Shown: in pieces, positions 32,906 to 41,159 of the stretch
Numbering within the stretch: position 1 is the stretch's first letter
Layout of the letters: each line of letters starts with the position of its first letter
NCBI GenBank assembly: GCA_963805925.1
Contig: CAWDWB010000009.1
Span: 517,746 to 581,745, forward strand
Source: an uncultured Acidobacteriota bacterium
GTDB lineage: Bacteria > Acidobacteriota > Terriglobia > Bryobacterales > UBA6623
DNA: 64,000 nt
Direction of reading: 5' to 3'
Notes under the pieces: model-generated
Told to the model about the DNA's origin: nothing
Seen by the model: the letters and a program-made list of their open reading frames with translations, nothing else
The model's database searches: none
Translations under genes and position numbers: made by a program

Positions 32906-33912
32906 CGATTCAACCGTGCGGTCGAACGCCGCACGACTAGGGTCGGCGGCATGACGACGGCCTCGTGGCTCAAGTCCTCCCCGTCCATCAAACGCACGAG
33001 CATGTGTCCGGCCTTCTCACCCATCACGCGGCGATCCCAACGCAGGGTGGTCATGAAGGGATCGGGCAGGTAGTCGTATTCGACTGCGCCGGCGCCGATG
33101 ATGGAGATGTCTTCCGGGACCCGCAGTCCGGCCTGACGGGCCGCCTGCACAGCGCCCATCGACGCCGGATCGCTGGGTCCAAAGACCGCAGTCGGCCTGG
33201 GGTCGAGCTTGAGCAACGCATTCATCCCCACGACTCCGGCCTCGACGTCGAATCCTCCGCCCTCGACGATGTACGGCGGCGACACTTCGATGCCGGCGGC
33301 CTTGAGGGTGTCCAAGAACCCTTGACGCCGTTGCTCCCCGGTCGAGACCGGCACGCCCTTAATGTGGGCCATGCACCTATGTCCCAAGCTGATGAGGTGC
33401 TCGGCGGCAAGACAGCCGACCTGGTAATCGTCGGTCGTCGCCGATGAGGCCTCGAATCCTTGGAAAGTGCGGTCGATCAAGACAATCGGGATGCCCTCAT
33501 CCTGCAGCCCGCGAAAAAACGATGGGTCGTCGTGGCGGATTACGGAGGCGACCACCAGGCCTTCGGCGCGACTGCCGACCAGCATGTCAATTTCGCGCCT
33601 TTCTCGGTCCGGGTCTTCGGACGAATTGGAGAGGATCAGCGAATATCCTTGCTCTTCGAGCACGGTTTGCAGACCGCCGATAATCTCGCCAAAGAAAGAG
33701 TAGGTGATCTTGGGGATCACTGCGCCGACGATGCGCGAGCGTTGCGTGACGAGGCTGCGCGCCCAACGATTGGGGCGGTAATTGAGTTCGCTGGCGCGTG
33801 TGATGACGCGGCGGCGGGTCTCTTCCTTGACGTCGGGGTGGCCGTTCAGCGCCCGCGACACGGTCATCGCGGAGAGGCCGAGATCACCGGCCACATCCTG
33901 AATCGTGGTCAT
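32902..33912 (-). CDS. LacI-family transcriptional regulator
   Basis: ATG at 33912. [27 protein letters not shown] motif plus a periplasmic-binding-protein-like core. Confidence 0.85.
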   Translation of the reverse strand: MTTIQDVAGDLGLSAMTVSRALNGHPDVKEETRRRVITRASELNYRPNRWARSLVTQRSRIVGAVIPKITYSFFGEIIGGLQTVLEEQGYSLILSNSSEDPDRERREIDMLVGSRAEGLVVASVIRHDDPSFFRGLQDEGIPIVLIDRTFQGFEASSATTDDYQVGCLAAEHLISLGHRCMAHIKGVPVSTGEQRRQGFLDTLKAAGIEVSPPYIVEGGGFDVEAGVVGMNALLKLDPRPTAVFGPSDPASMGAVQAARQAGLRVPEDISIIGAGAVEYDYLPDPFMTTLRWDRRVMGEKAGHMLVRLMDGEDLSHEAVVMPPTLVVRRSTARLNR

Positions 33913-34058
33913 CCGGCGGGCTGATCGTCTTCTTGGCGGCATCTCGAAATCGGGGCGGCTTTCTGCGCCGCTGAGTGTATGCATGTTACCGCAACATAGG
34001 CCGCTGAGCAGCCTTGCGGAGCGCATTTTGAGAGGCCAAAACTTGGTGAAACGACGCC

Positions 34059-34892
34059 TTAACTTTGCCTCAGAAGCCAGCGCACGGCGTTCTGCTGTAA
34101 CTTCACGTACTCAGGATTCCAGAGCACGGTCAATAGATGACCTGGCGAAAGGTAGCAGACTCGGCCTTTGCCTTGTTCGTAAGCCCAACCGCCTGGAGCC
34201 GTAGCGCCTTGCTTCCCGTATTCGAGGCCTTGCTCGTTGACCGTCTCGAGCAGCAGGTACTTTGGGTCCTTGTCGTAATCCATGTAGTGCTGTTCATCGG
34301 TCACCACAAAGTCTCTAACGCCCTTGGTGATCGGGTGATTGGGATTGGTCACTTTCACCTTGAAGGTGCGAATGGGCGGGTGTCCCGTGTAGGCGCCGCC
34401 TAGGACGTAGCGGAAGTCGGGGTCCGTGAGGCCCACATGAGTCGTGTTGTGGAGGAACAACGCAGAACCGCCCTGGTCGACGAACGCGCGAACCGCCTTG
34501 CCCTGCTCCGGCTTCATCCAAAACTGCGGTTTCGGTTGGCCTAGATCCACGGGCGGGTCAGAGACTAGCTCCGGCTTCCCAGTATTCACCCAGGCGGCGT
34601 TGGTGGTTTCGTCAGGATAACCGTCTGGCCAAATCATGCCGTCCCGCAGGATGATGAGCAGTTTGTAGCCTTCAAGCGTCTCCGCGGTCAGCATCGTGGT
34701 GTCGTCGGTGAAGTCGACAGACACTCCGAGGCCCTCGGTGATGTTACGAGCCAAGCCGACTCGAGCATAGTCGGAATTGTGATAGCGGTCTCCGATGAGC
34801 GCGAACGCCGTGGCCTTTTCTCTTGCGAAAGCCAAGTGCGACGCCGAGAGCGCCAGAGTCCAGCAGGCCGATCGCCGGGTGATTGTCTTCAC
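34059..34892 (-). CDS. ThuA-domain protein (secreted)
   Basis: Signal MKTITRRSACWTLALSASHLAFA. ThuA-like layout (YKLLIILRDG..., GGSALFLHNTTH). Confidence 0.6.
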   Translation of the reverse strand: MKTITRRSACWTLALSASHLAFAREKATAFALIGDRYHNSDYARVGLARNITEGLGVSVDFTDDTTMLTAETLEGYKLLIILRDGMIWPDGYPDETTNAAWVNTGKPELVSDPPVDLGQPKPQFWMKPEQGKAVRAFVDQGGSALFLHNTTHVGLTDPDFRYVLGGAYTGHPPIRTFKVKVTNPNHPITKGVRDFVVTDEQHYMDYDKDPKYLLLETVNEQGLEYGKQGATAPGGWAYEQGKGRVCYLSPGHLLTVLWNPEYVKLQQNAVRWLLRQS

Positions 34893-34902
34893 GGCATCCT
34901 CC

Positions 34903-36243
34903 TCAATAACTGTCGAATAACGTGACCGTGTAGTCCTTGCTGGCCAGCATGTTTTCCAAGACCGGCCAGAGTCCCTGATGGGTGTCCGTGGCGACCCATG
35001 CTTGGCGCTGCGCTTCGCTGCGGAAGCTCAGTACGAAGCGATAGTTCATGCGGGCAGGCGGCTTGCCCATCAAGGCCGAGTCCAGTTTGAGCAACTTGAG
35101 GTCGATGTATCCCGGCTGCTTCGCGGCCGCCGGCCGGAACTCGGTTTCGAAACTGCGAACGAAGGCCGCTTCCTTCGCCGGGTCGACGTTCAAATCGACG
35201 TGCAACTCGATCCCGCGCGGAGCTGGTCCGTAGAGCGGGCGCATGCCGGGCACCGATAGCTTGATGCGGTAAAGGCTGGTTTCGGCCGTCATGTAGAGCG
35301 ACTTGCCGTCATCGCCCCAGGCGGCGTTGGCAGGACTCTCGGGCGGTTGGATTGTGCCCAGGTGCTTGCCGCTGGCGTCAAAAACCCAAACTCCGCCGGG
35401 ACCCGAACCGTAGACGTTGCCGGCTTCATCGACCTTCATGCCGTCCGGCAACCCGGCAGCTGGCTCGTTGGTCACATCGGCAAAAACTCGCCCGTTGGAC
35501 ACGGTGCCGTCGGCGTTCACGTCGTAGGCCATCCAGAACCTGTGGTTCTCATCGGAATTCGAAACATAGAGAGTCTGGTAGTCGGGCGAAAAGGCGATCC
35601 CATTGGGACGCGTCAGATCCTTCACCAAGACTTGTAACTCGCCGTTGGACAAGCGATAGACGCCGTTGAAGTCAAGTTCTTTTGCCGGGTCGTCATCTTG
35701 CGCCGGCAAGCCATAGGGCGGATCGGTGAAGTAGAGCGAACCGTCGCGATGGAAAACGAGATCGTTCGGGCTGTTGAGCTTCTTGCCCTCGAAGCTGTCG
35801 ACGAGCGTCGTCACCGTGCCGTCTTTGGCGATGCGGGCGATGCGTCGGTTGCCGTGTTGGCACAGCAGTACCGAGCCGTCCTTGTCATAGGTCATCCCGT
35901 TGGGGCCGATGAAGCCCCCCGCCGGCAGACTGTCTCCGTCATATCCGCCGGGACGCAGCACCTCGGTGACGGTTCCGTCGGGAGCGTACTGGCGCACCAC
36001 GTTGCCGACGACGTCGCTGAACCATAGCGAACCGTCCTCGCGCCAAAGCGGACCCTCGATAAAGCTGAAGCCGCCGGCAAGCTTCTCGATCTCGGCGCCT
36101 GGCGGGACGATGGCGTCCAAGGCGGGGTCGAGCCGCTGGACGCTCCCTGTTGAGGGTGCTTCGGGTTCGGGAGCTGGAGGCGGCGCCGTGCAGCCGAAAG
36201 CGACGAGAACAAACAGAGTGAATAGAGAGTGTTTTTTGAGCAT
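34903..36243 (-). CDS. SMP-30/gluconolactonase/LRE-family lipoprotein with a C-terminal ABM-like domain
   Basis: ATG at 36243. MLKKHSLFTLFVLVAFGC contains a lipobox. FIEGPLWREDGSLWFSDV and six-blade propeller-like repeats. The last roughly 100 aa resemble an antibiotic-biosynthesis-monooxygenase fold. Confidence 0.7.
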   Translation of the reverse strand: MLKKHSLFTLFVLVAFGCTAPPPAPEPEAPSTGSVQRLDPALDAIVPPGAEIEKLAGGFSFIEGPLWREDGSLWFSDVVGNVVRQYAPDGTVTEVLRPGGYDGDSLPAGGFIGPNGMTYDKDGSVLLCQHGNRRIARIAKDGTVTTLVDSFEGKKLNSPNDLVFHRDGSLYFTDPPYGLPAQDDDPAKELDFNGVYRLSNGELQVLVKDLTRPNGIAFSPDYQTLYVSNSDENHRFWMAYDVNADGTVSNGRVFADVTNEPAAGLPDGMKVDEAGNVYGSGPGGVWVFDASGKHLGTIQPPESPANAAWGDDGKSLYMTAETSLYRIKLSVPGMRPLYGPAPRGIELHVDLNVDPAKEAAFVRSFETEFRPAAAKQPGYIDLKLLKLDSALMGKPPARMNYRFVLSFRSEAQRQAWVATDTHQGLWPVLENMLASKDYTVTLFDSY

Positions 36244-36439
36244 GAGCAGCGACCAGTTTTGAGAACGCCGCAATTGTAGCTCTTCCGGGCTGCTTGGCGG
36301 AGGGGTGAATCAGTTGACGCAGCGCCGTTGCTGTCCGACAATCGGGCCGGAACGATCAATGCCGAGGAGAACGAAACGGATCGAATGGACTGCGCGTTGG
36401 GCGGGCTTTCTGTTGATCTTGGCGGCCGGCGCCGTTCTC

Positions 36440-36487
36440 GGGGGAAACCGGGGGGAAACCGGGGGGAAACGGGGGGAAACCGGGACA
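36440..36487. repeat. Tandem 11-bp repeat GGGGAAACCGG x4 (one unit lacks a C), ending in the R-element TIR half-site AAACCGGGACA
   Basis: Read directly: gGGGGAAACCGGGGGGAAACCGGGGGGAAACGGGGGGAAACCGGGACA. Confidence 0.85.
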
Positions 36488-37255
36488 TCCATGATAGGTA
36501 TTTGTCAAGGATGGACGCAAGTAGATCCTGAGGCCGGTGGAGAGACCAGCGTTAGTATGGCTCAGCGAAGAGAGAAGCGGACAGAGCCTTACGGGGTCAA
36601 CGGCCAGCGTGACTGACATCCATGAGGCTGCAGCGGGCCTGAGGGCCGTAGCAGAAGTTTCAGCTTAGGGTTAGAGCCGCGTCGGCCTCGAAACAGTCGA
36701 GAACGGTCGCAGGCGGGCCTTACGGCCTTGGCGCAGTGCCCGGATCGGCGCAGGACCGAGCGGGCGGCTTGTCTCCGGCTTCGCCCGAGAATCTTGTGCT
36801 CCTCCTCAGGCCGCTCGCGTACGCGGCCGAAGGGCTCGCTGGAGCGGTCCACGGCGAGAAGGTAAGCGACCAGCTTGCGCGCCACCGCCAGGTCGCGCGG
36901 TTGCGCGAGCGGTGCAATAACTCCCGCTCATGAACGGCCTGGAGTTCGGGGTTGAAGCGAGGCGTCGAGTGTTCGCGGCCTCGTAAGCAGGTGCATGCAG
37001 GTGCTTGTTGCGCTGCTTGCGACAACGGCGCGCGCTGCGTCTTGCCCGACCGACTCGCGTTGCGCCGCGCAGCAGTCAACGCAGTAGCTCACCGCCCGAC
37101 GCACCGAGCTGAATCGCTAGGGTTCAGCGACCTCCAAGGCCCACGTGGAGGGCTCGAAGACCTTGTACCCACGCCGTCGAATGGATTGCCGAAGCGGGCG
37201 ACAGCGTTCTCTCAACAGCCGATGTTGGGCGAGCCCTTGCAGCGAGACGCCGTTC
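36488..37255 (-). mobile_element. Degraded, 5'-deleted copy of the IS110/IS1111-family element (3' arm plus 3' part of the transposase gene)
   Basis: Collinear with 39724..40467 of the intact copy. It starts with the same TCCATGATAGGTATTTGTCAAGGATGGACGC and has many substitutions and indels that break the transposase frame (ORF fragments 36589..36885, 36720..37079). Homology ends at ...GACGCCGTTC. Confidence 0.75.
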
Positions 37256-37271
37256 GGGGAAACCGGGGGAG

Positions 37272-37448
37272 AAACCGGGACAGCCTCAATTAGCATTGGC
37301 CCCATCTCTAAGTCATTGATTCAACTAGATCTACGACGAGAATCGGAGCGGCGCGATATCGCGTCTTTAGGCTGCAACTGATTGAATAATAAAAGCTTCT
37401 GCTCTCAGAACAGATTCTGCTTGATTACAATTGAGGCTGTCCCGGTTT
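37272..37448. mobile_element. R1: 177-bp MITE-like element with perfect 20-bp terminal inverted repeats
   Basis: Left TIR AAACCGGGACAGCCTCAATT (37272-37291), right TIR AATTGAGGCTGTCCCGGTTT (37429-37448). The interior is AT-richer and 100% identical to R2 and R3. Confidence 0.85.
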
Positions 37449-37935
37449 GCCCCACTCGATCTAGCTCCTCGATTAGTTGCAACACCGAAACACGCTCGTC
37501 CTCATGGAGTTCAAACCAACGCCCACCGGTCAAAGTATCGACTGTGGCCTCGGCGATGTATGCGTTCTCGGCATCTGAACTGAACCATACGGAAAGATCT
37601 CCTCTATCGATACAAAGACGATAGTCGAATCGCGAGCCTCCTCCTTCCGTCGAATCCCGTTCTACCGAAACTGTCTCTTCAAGGACGCGCAAGAGTTTTT
37701 GCTTCAGCGATGCAGAAATCCTCTGACTCGAAACCAGATATCTCTCATCCTTCAATGCCGCTGCTGCCACAGCAGTGCGTGTCAGAACTTGCGGCGACAG
37801 GAAGTAGACTCTCATGACGTCATCGGCCGAGACTGCCGTACAGCCCGCGAAGGCCCCAACCCAAGCTGCGGCAACGACAATCGACAACACCAACAATGCC
37901 AACAACCGTCGTGGACTAATGGGCGTAGAAGTCAT
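37405..37935 (-). CDS. Hypothetical lipoprotein, immunity-like orphan; the last 14 codons are read from R1
   Basis: MTSTPISPRRLLALLVLSIVVAAAWVGAFAGC contains a lipobox. AAGGTGA RBS. The ATG overlaps a preceding TGA (ATGA). The ORF leaves native sequence at 37448/37449 and terminates inside R1. Confidence 0.45.
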   Translation of the reverse strand: MTSTPISPRRLLALLVLSIVVAAAWVGAFAGCTAVSADDVMRVYFLSPQVLTRTAVAAAALKDERYLVSSQRISASLKQKLLRVLEETVSVERDSTEGGGSRFDYRLCIDRGDLSVWFSSDAENAYIAEATVDTLTGGRWFELHEDERVSVLQLIEELDRVGQTGTASIVIKQNLF

Positions 37936-38001
37936 ACTTCACCTTTTGTTGGCCGCGCGCCGCTTCTTCGAGCTTGAGCATGGACGCCGCGCTTGTTGGG
38001 G

Positions 38002-38178
38002 AAACCGGGACAGCCTCAATTAGCATTGGCCCCATCTCTAAGTCATTGATTCAACTAGATCTACGACGAGAATCGGAGCGGCGCGATATCGCGTCTTTAG
38101 GCTGCAACTGATTGAATAATAAAAGCTTCTGCTCTCAGAACAGATTCTGCTTGATTACAATTGAGGCTGTCCCGGTTT
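38002..38178. mobile_element. R2: second identical copy of the 177-bp MITE-like element, same orientation as R1
   Basis: Base-for-base identical to 37272..37448. Confidence 0.85.
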
Positions 38179-38204
38179 GCCCCCGGTTTGCCCCCGGTTT
38201 GCCC
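38171..38204. repeat. Tandem 11-bp repeat CCCGGTTTGCC x3, beginning inside the R2 right TIR
   Basis: Read directly: CCCGGTTTGCCCCCGGTTTGCCCCCGGTTTGCCC. Confidence 0.85.
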
Positions 38205-38456
38205 CGCAAGCGAGGCTTCGTGGCGGCTCAGCCGACCGAAGCCGGGGTCGCTCCCGCCCTTCCCCTGACCCCCAAAACGGGGTCCTGCCGCCACCGCTCC
38301 GCTGTACTTCGCTCACTCTTCGGCTCTTACCGGCCCAAACGGTGAACGCCTCCCATCGAAACTACGGTGAACGCCCCTTTTTTCCTGAGTTCACCCGCCT
38401 CCCGCCACGCCACGGGGGTAAAAAGGGCGGTCGTAGGATGTGGCGGGCACGTAGGT

Positions 38457-38903
38457 TTACAGAGTTAACCATCCATTGCCTACAATGCCTAGAATCGTCT
38501 CGAAGTCTCGCCGATCCAATACTTCACTAGTCTCTACTTGGTCATCGGTCCACATTTCGGGGGTGGAGAGCAGTCTAGTCAAGACGATCTGCGAACCTCG
38601 CGGACAACGCATGAGATAGTATTCCCGCACTATGCGGTCGCTGCTCCAATCCTTGTATTCAGAAGCTCGCGCCCAGTGGTGGGTCGAAACCAAATGCTCA
38701 AGCTCTTGATCTCTTCCGGTGCCGTCACCGACAAAAACTGACGCCAGTTTCACTAGCGCATGACCGTCAAGACTGCCCCCACATACCGAACATGGGCTAA
38801 ACCGATCACGGACAACAGCAAGAGTACGGTCGGCAGAGGACATGCGCTTCGGGCGCCAAGCAAATAGCTTTAACAGTCTATCCGACACACTAAGCATCAT
38901 CAT
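38457..38903 (-). CDS. Hypothetical protein, candidate immunity protein for the upstream glycine-zipper toxin tip
   Basis: 148-aa ORF starting 9 nt after the toxin stop, with GGACGAGGAAA-ATG. No recognisable domain. Its position is typical of Rhs/CDI immunity genes. Confidence 0.5.
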   Translation of the reverse strand: MMMLSVSDRLLKLFAWRPKRMSSADRTLAVVRDRFSPCSVCGGSLDGHALVKLASVFVGDGTGRDQELEHLVSTHHWARASEYKDWSSDRIVREYYLMRCPRGSQIVLTRLLSTPEMWTDDQVETSEVLDRRDFETILGIVGNGWLTL

Positions 38904-38912
38904 TTCCTCGTC

Positions 38913-39711
38913 CTAGTTCAGCCAATCGTAAATCTTGGTTGCCACTTTTTCGCCACCGATTCCGCCGGCGATGCCTCCACCTAGGGCACCTATAACTCCG
39001 CCAATCGCCGCTCCGGGAACGGCTCCCGCCCCACCAAACCATACGCCAACCGCTGCACCGACTTGCGCCCCAGCGGCACCGCCAATACTCCCAAGTGCAA
39101 CCGCTCCTGCCCACGTACCACCTTCCTGGGCTAGTGCACGCGATTTATTGTCTGCGGTTGCTACGTTATACGCTGATACGCCTGCACCGACAACCATGAG
39201 CGCTGGCCCGGCTTTACCCGCAACCCCCATCGCTGCGTCAACAGCAGCATTAGATTTCGATGCGGTACCGCCAACTCTCGCGGCTTCATTGGCGATAGGG
39301 CGCATAGTTTCGGCGATCGCCGCCCCCGTTGGGGAACTGGCGGCACGGGCCTCGATCTTGAGAGCGGTCCTTGCCGCCGATGCAACAGGATCTCCTTGCG
39401 GTGCTCCCTGCAACGTTTGCAGGCCCTGGTTGTAATTGGCTCGGGCGGCAGCATCCTGTGTTGCCTGGGTGCCCACACTCACGGCGGCACCTTGAACTGC
39501 CCGGCCCGCCGTCTCTTCATCCGTACAACGTTGTGTCCCATCCGGGCAACTGTCAGCTAGTCCATTCGGGTCAACTAGGCGAAGAGGATTATTAAGAACG
39601 TAAGCGTACGCGTTCCACGATTGAGGCTGAGACGCTCGAGCTGCCGCATTTCCCGGATCAACGCTCGTAAATCGCCCGAGGCTCGCCGACATGTACCGCG
39701 CCCCGAAGTGG
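38913..39711 (-). CDS. Orphan Rhs C-terminal tip: end of the RHS core (FGARYM...GRFTSVDP...NNPLRLVDPNGL) plus a glycine-zipper-rich C-terminal toxin domain; 5'-truncated
   Basis: RHS repeat-associated core signature, then a variable C-terminal domain ending in long G/A-rich zipper helices (GAAVGVWFGGAGAVPGAAIGGVIGALGGGIAGGIGG). Upstream homology ends at the R3/IS boundary. The ORF-track N-terminus MDVPVS is translated from TIR/IS sequence. Confidence 0.7.
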
Positions 39712-39723
39712 GAAACCGGGACA

Positions 39724-41159
39724 TCCATGATAGGTATTTGTCAAGGATGGACGCAGTCATCCTGAGGCCGGTGGAGAGACCAGCGTTAGTAGGTCAGCGA
39801 AGAGCGAAGCGGACCGAGCCTTACGGGGTCAACGGGCCAAGCGTGACCAGACATCCATGAGCTGCAGCGGGCCTGAGGGCCGTAGCAGAAGTTTCAGTTA
39901 GGGTTAGAGCCCGTCGGCCTCGAAACAGTCAGAACGGTCGCAGCGGGCCTTACGGCCTTGGCGCAGTCCCGGATCGGCGAGGACCGACGGGCGGCTTGTC
40001 TCCGGCTTCGCCCGGAATCTTGTTCTCCTCCTCAGGCCGCTCGCGTACGCGGCGCGAAGGGCTCGCCGGAGCGGTCCACGGCGAGCAGGTAAGCGACCAG
40101 CTTGCGCGCCACCGCCAGCGTCGCGCGGTTGCGCGAGCCGTGCAATAACTCCCGCTCATGAACGGCCTGGAGTTCGGGGTTGAAGCGCGGCGCTAGTTTC
40201 GCCGCTTCGATCAGCACGGTCTGTAGGTGCTTGTTGCGCTGCTTGGACAAGGGCGCGCGTTGCGTCTTGCCCGCCGACTCGCGTTGCGCCGCGCACAGCC
40301 CGCAGTAGCTCACCGCCCGACGCACCGAGCTGAATCGCTCGGGTTCAGCGACCTCCAAGGCCCAGGTCAGCGCCGTCACTTGGCCGACGCCGCGAATCGA
40401 TTGCAAGCGGGCGACGCGTTCTCTCAACAGCCGATGTTGGGCGAGCCCTTTCAGCAGACGCCGTTCAAGATCTTCAAACGTCTCCAGCATTCCGCGGCTG
40501 AGAGCCAGCAGCTCGATCGCCGACTCCGGCGTGTGTTCGAGCGAATCGAGCAACTGGTAGAAGTAGCGTTTGCCGTGCAGCCGGTCCTTGACGTACTCCT
40601 CTCCGCACTCCATCAACAGGCCGGATATCTTGTTCTTCAGCCGCACCGCTTCGCGCACCAACAGGTTGCGGTAACGCAACACCCGCCGCAACTCGCGAAT
40701 CTCCCCCGGCGCCATGTAGCAGCCCGGCAACAGATCGCAGCGCGCCAGATCGCAGATCTTCTCCGCATCGAGGCGGTCGTTCTTCTTCTTGGCGCAGGCG
40801 ATCGCCTTCAGCATCGCCGGATGCGCCACTTGCAGCTCGGCCGCGTAGGGTTCCAAATGATCGTAAATCCAACCGGTGAACAGCGTCGCCTCCAACGCTC
40901 CGACCCACGGCCCGGCAACGCCTCGGCCCACTCGCTCAACGCCGCCCGCGTGGCCGCCACGCTGCCGGACGCGACCTTCTCTCCGGCAGTCGTCTTCACT
41001 GCATAGCTCACCGTTTTCTTGTGGACATCGAGCCCTACGTAGTAGAAACTCTCCATGGAATCCTCCTGGGTATGACTCGAGGCGCGCCGCTTCGCGGCTC
41101 GTCCTCGCTTTCTTTGTCCTCCAGGAGGATTCTTCTTGGCGCTCACCTATACATCAAAA
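39724..41159 (-). mobile_element. IS110/IS1111-family insertion sequence (about 1.44 kb) inserted in the left TIR of R3
   Basis: Flanks reconstitute the R TIR: AAACCGGGACA|IS|GCCTCAATT, with ACA/CA shared at both junctions. No terminal IRs, but subterminal IRs are present: ATGATAGGT (39727-39735) versus CACCTATACATC (41144-41155). Short 5' arm (about 100 bp) and long 3' arm (about 310 bp), as in the IS1111 subgroup. Confidence 0.85.
40032..41056 (-). pseudogene. IS110-family (DEDD/RuvC-like) transposase, interrupted by a 1-nt frameshift
   Basis: The N-terminus MESFYYVGLDVHKKTVSYAV is the IS110 DEDD_Tnp hallmark. The C-terminal part (40032..40931 frame) carries the Transposase_20-like region (SIRGVGQVTALTWALEV). 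The frames join as ...AEALPG|PWVGALEATLF if one C is added in GGGCC(C)G near 40912-40916. Confidence 0.85.

Noticed and set aside
36305-36619. ORFs 36305..36616(+), 36328..36531(+), 36310..36492(-) and 36356..36619(-).
   Set aside because: They are translations of the 11-bp tandem repeat (GETGG / PVSPRFPP periodic peptides) and of the IS 3' arm. Only 36359-36436 (MPRRTKRIEWTARWAGFLLILAAGAVL) looks like the native start of a signal-anchored protein, and the repeat array cuts it off.
37382-37624. ORFs beginning inside R copies with the same peptide MNNKSFCSQNRFCLITIEAVPVCP (37382.., 38112..), and ORFs ending in R (37145..37381, 41021..41260).
   Set aside because: The shared peptide simply reflects the repeated DNA. 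Each ORF continues into unrelated flank or antisense to a better ORF, has a non-ATG start and has no RBS.
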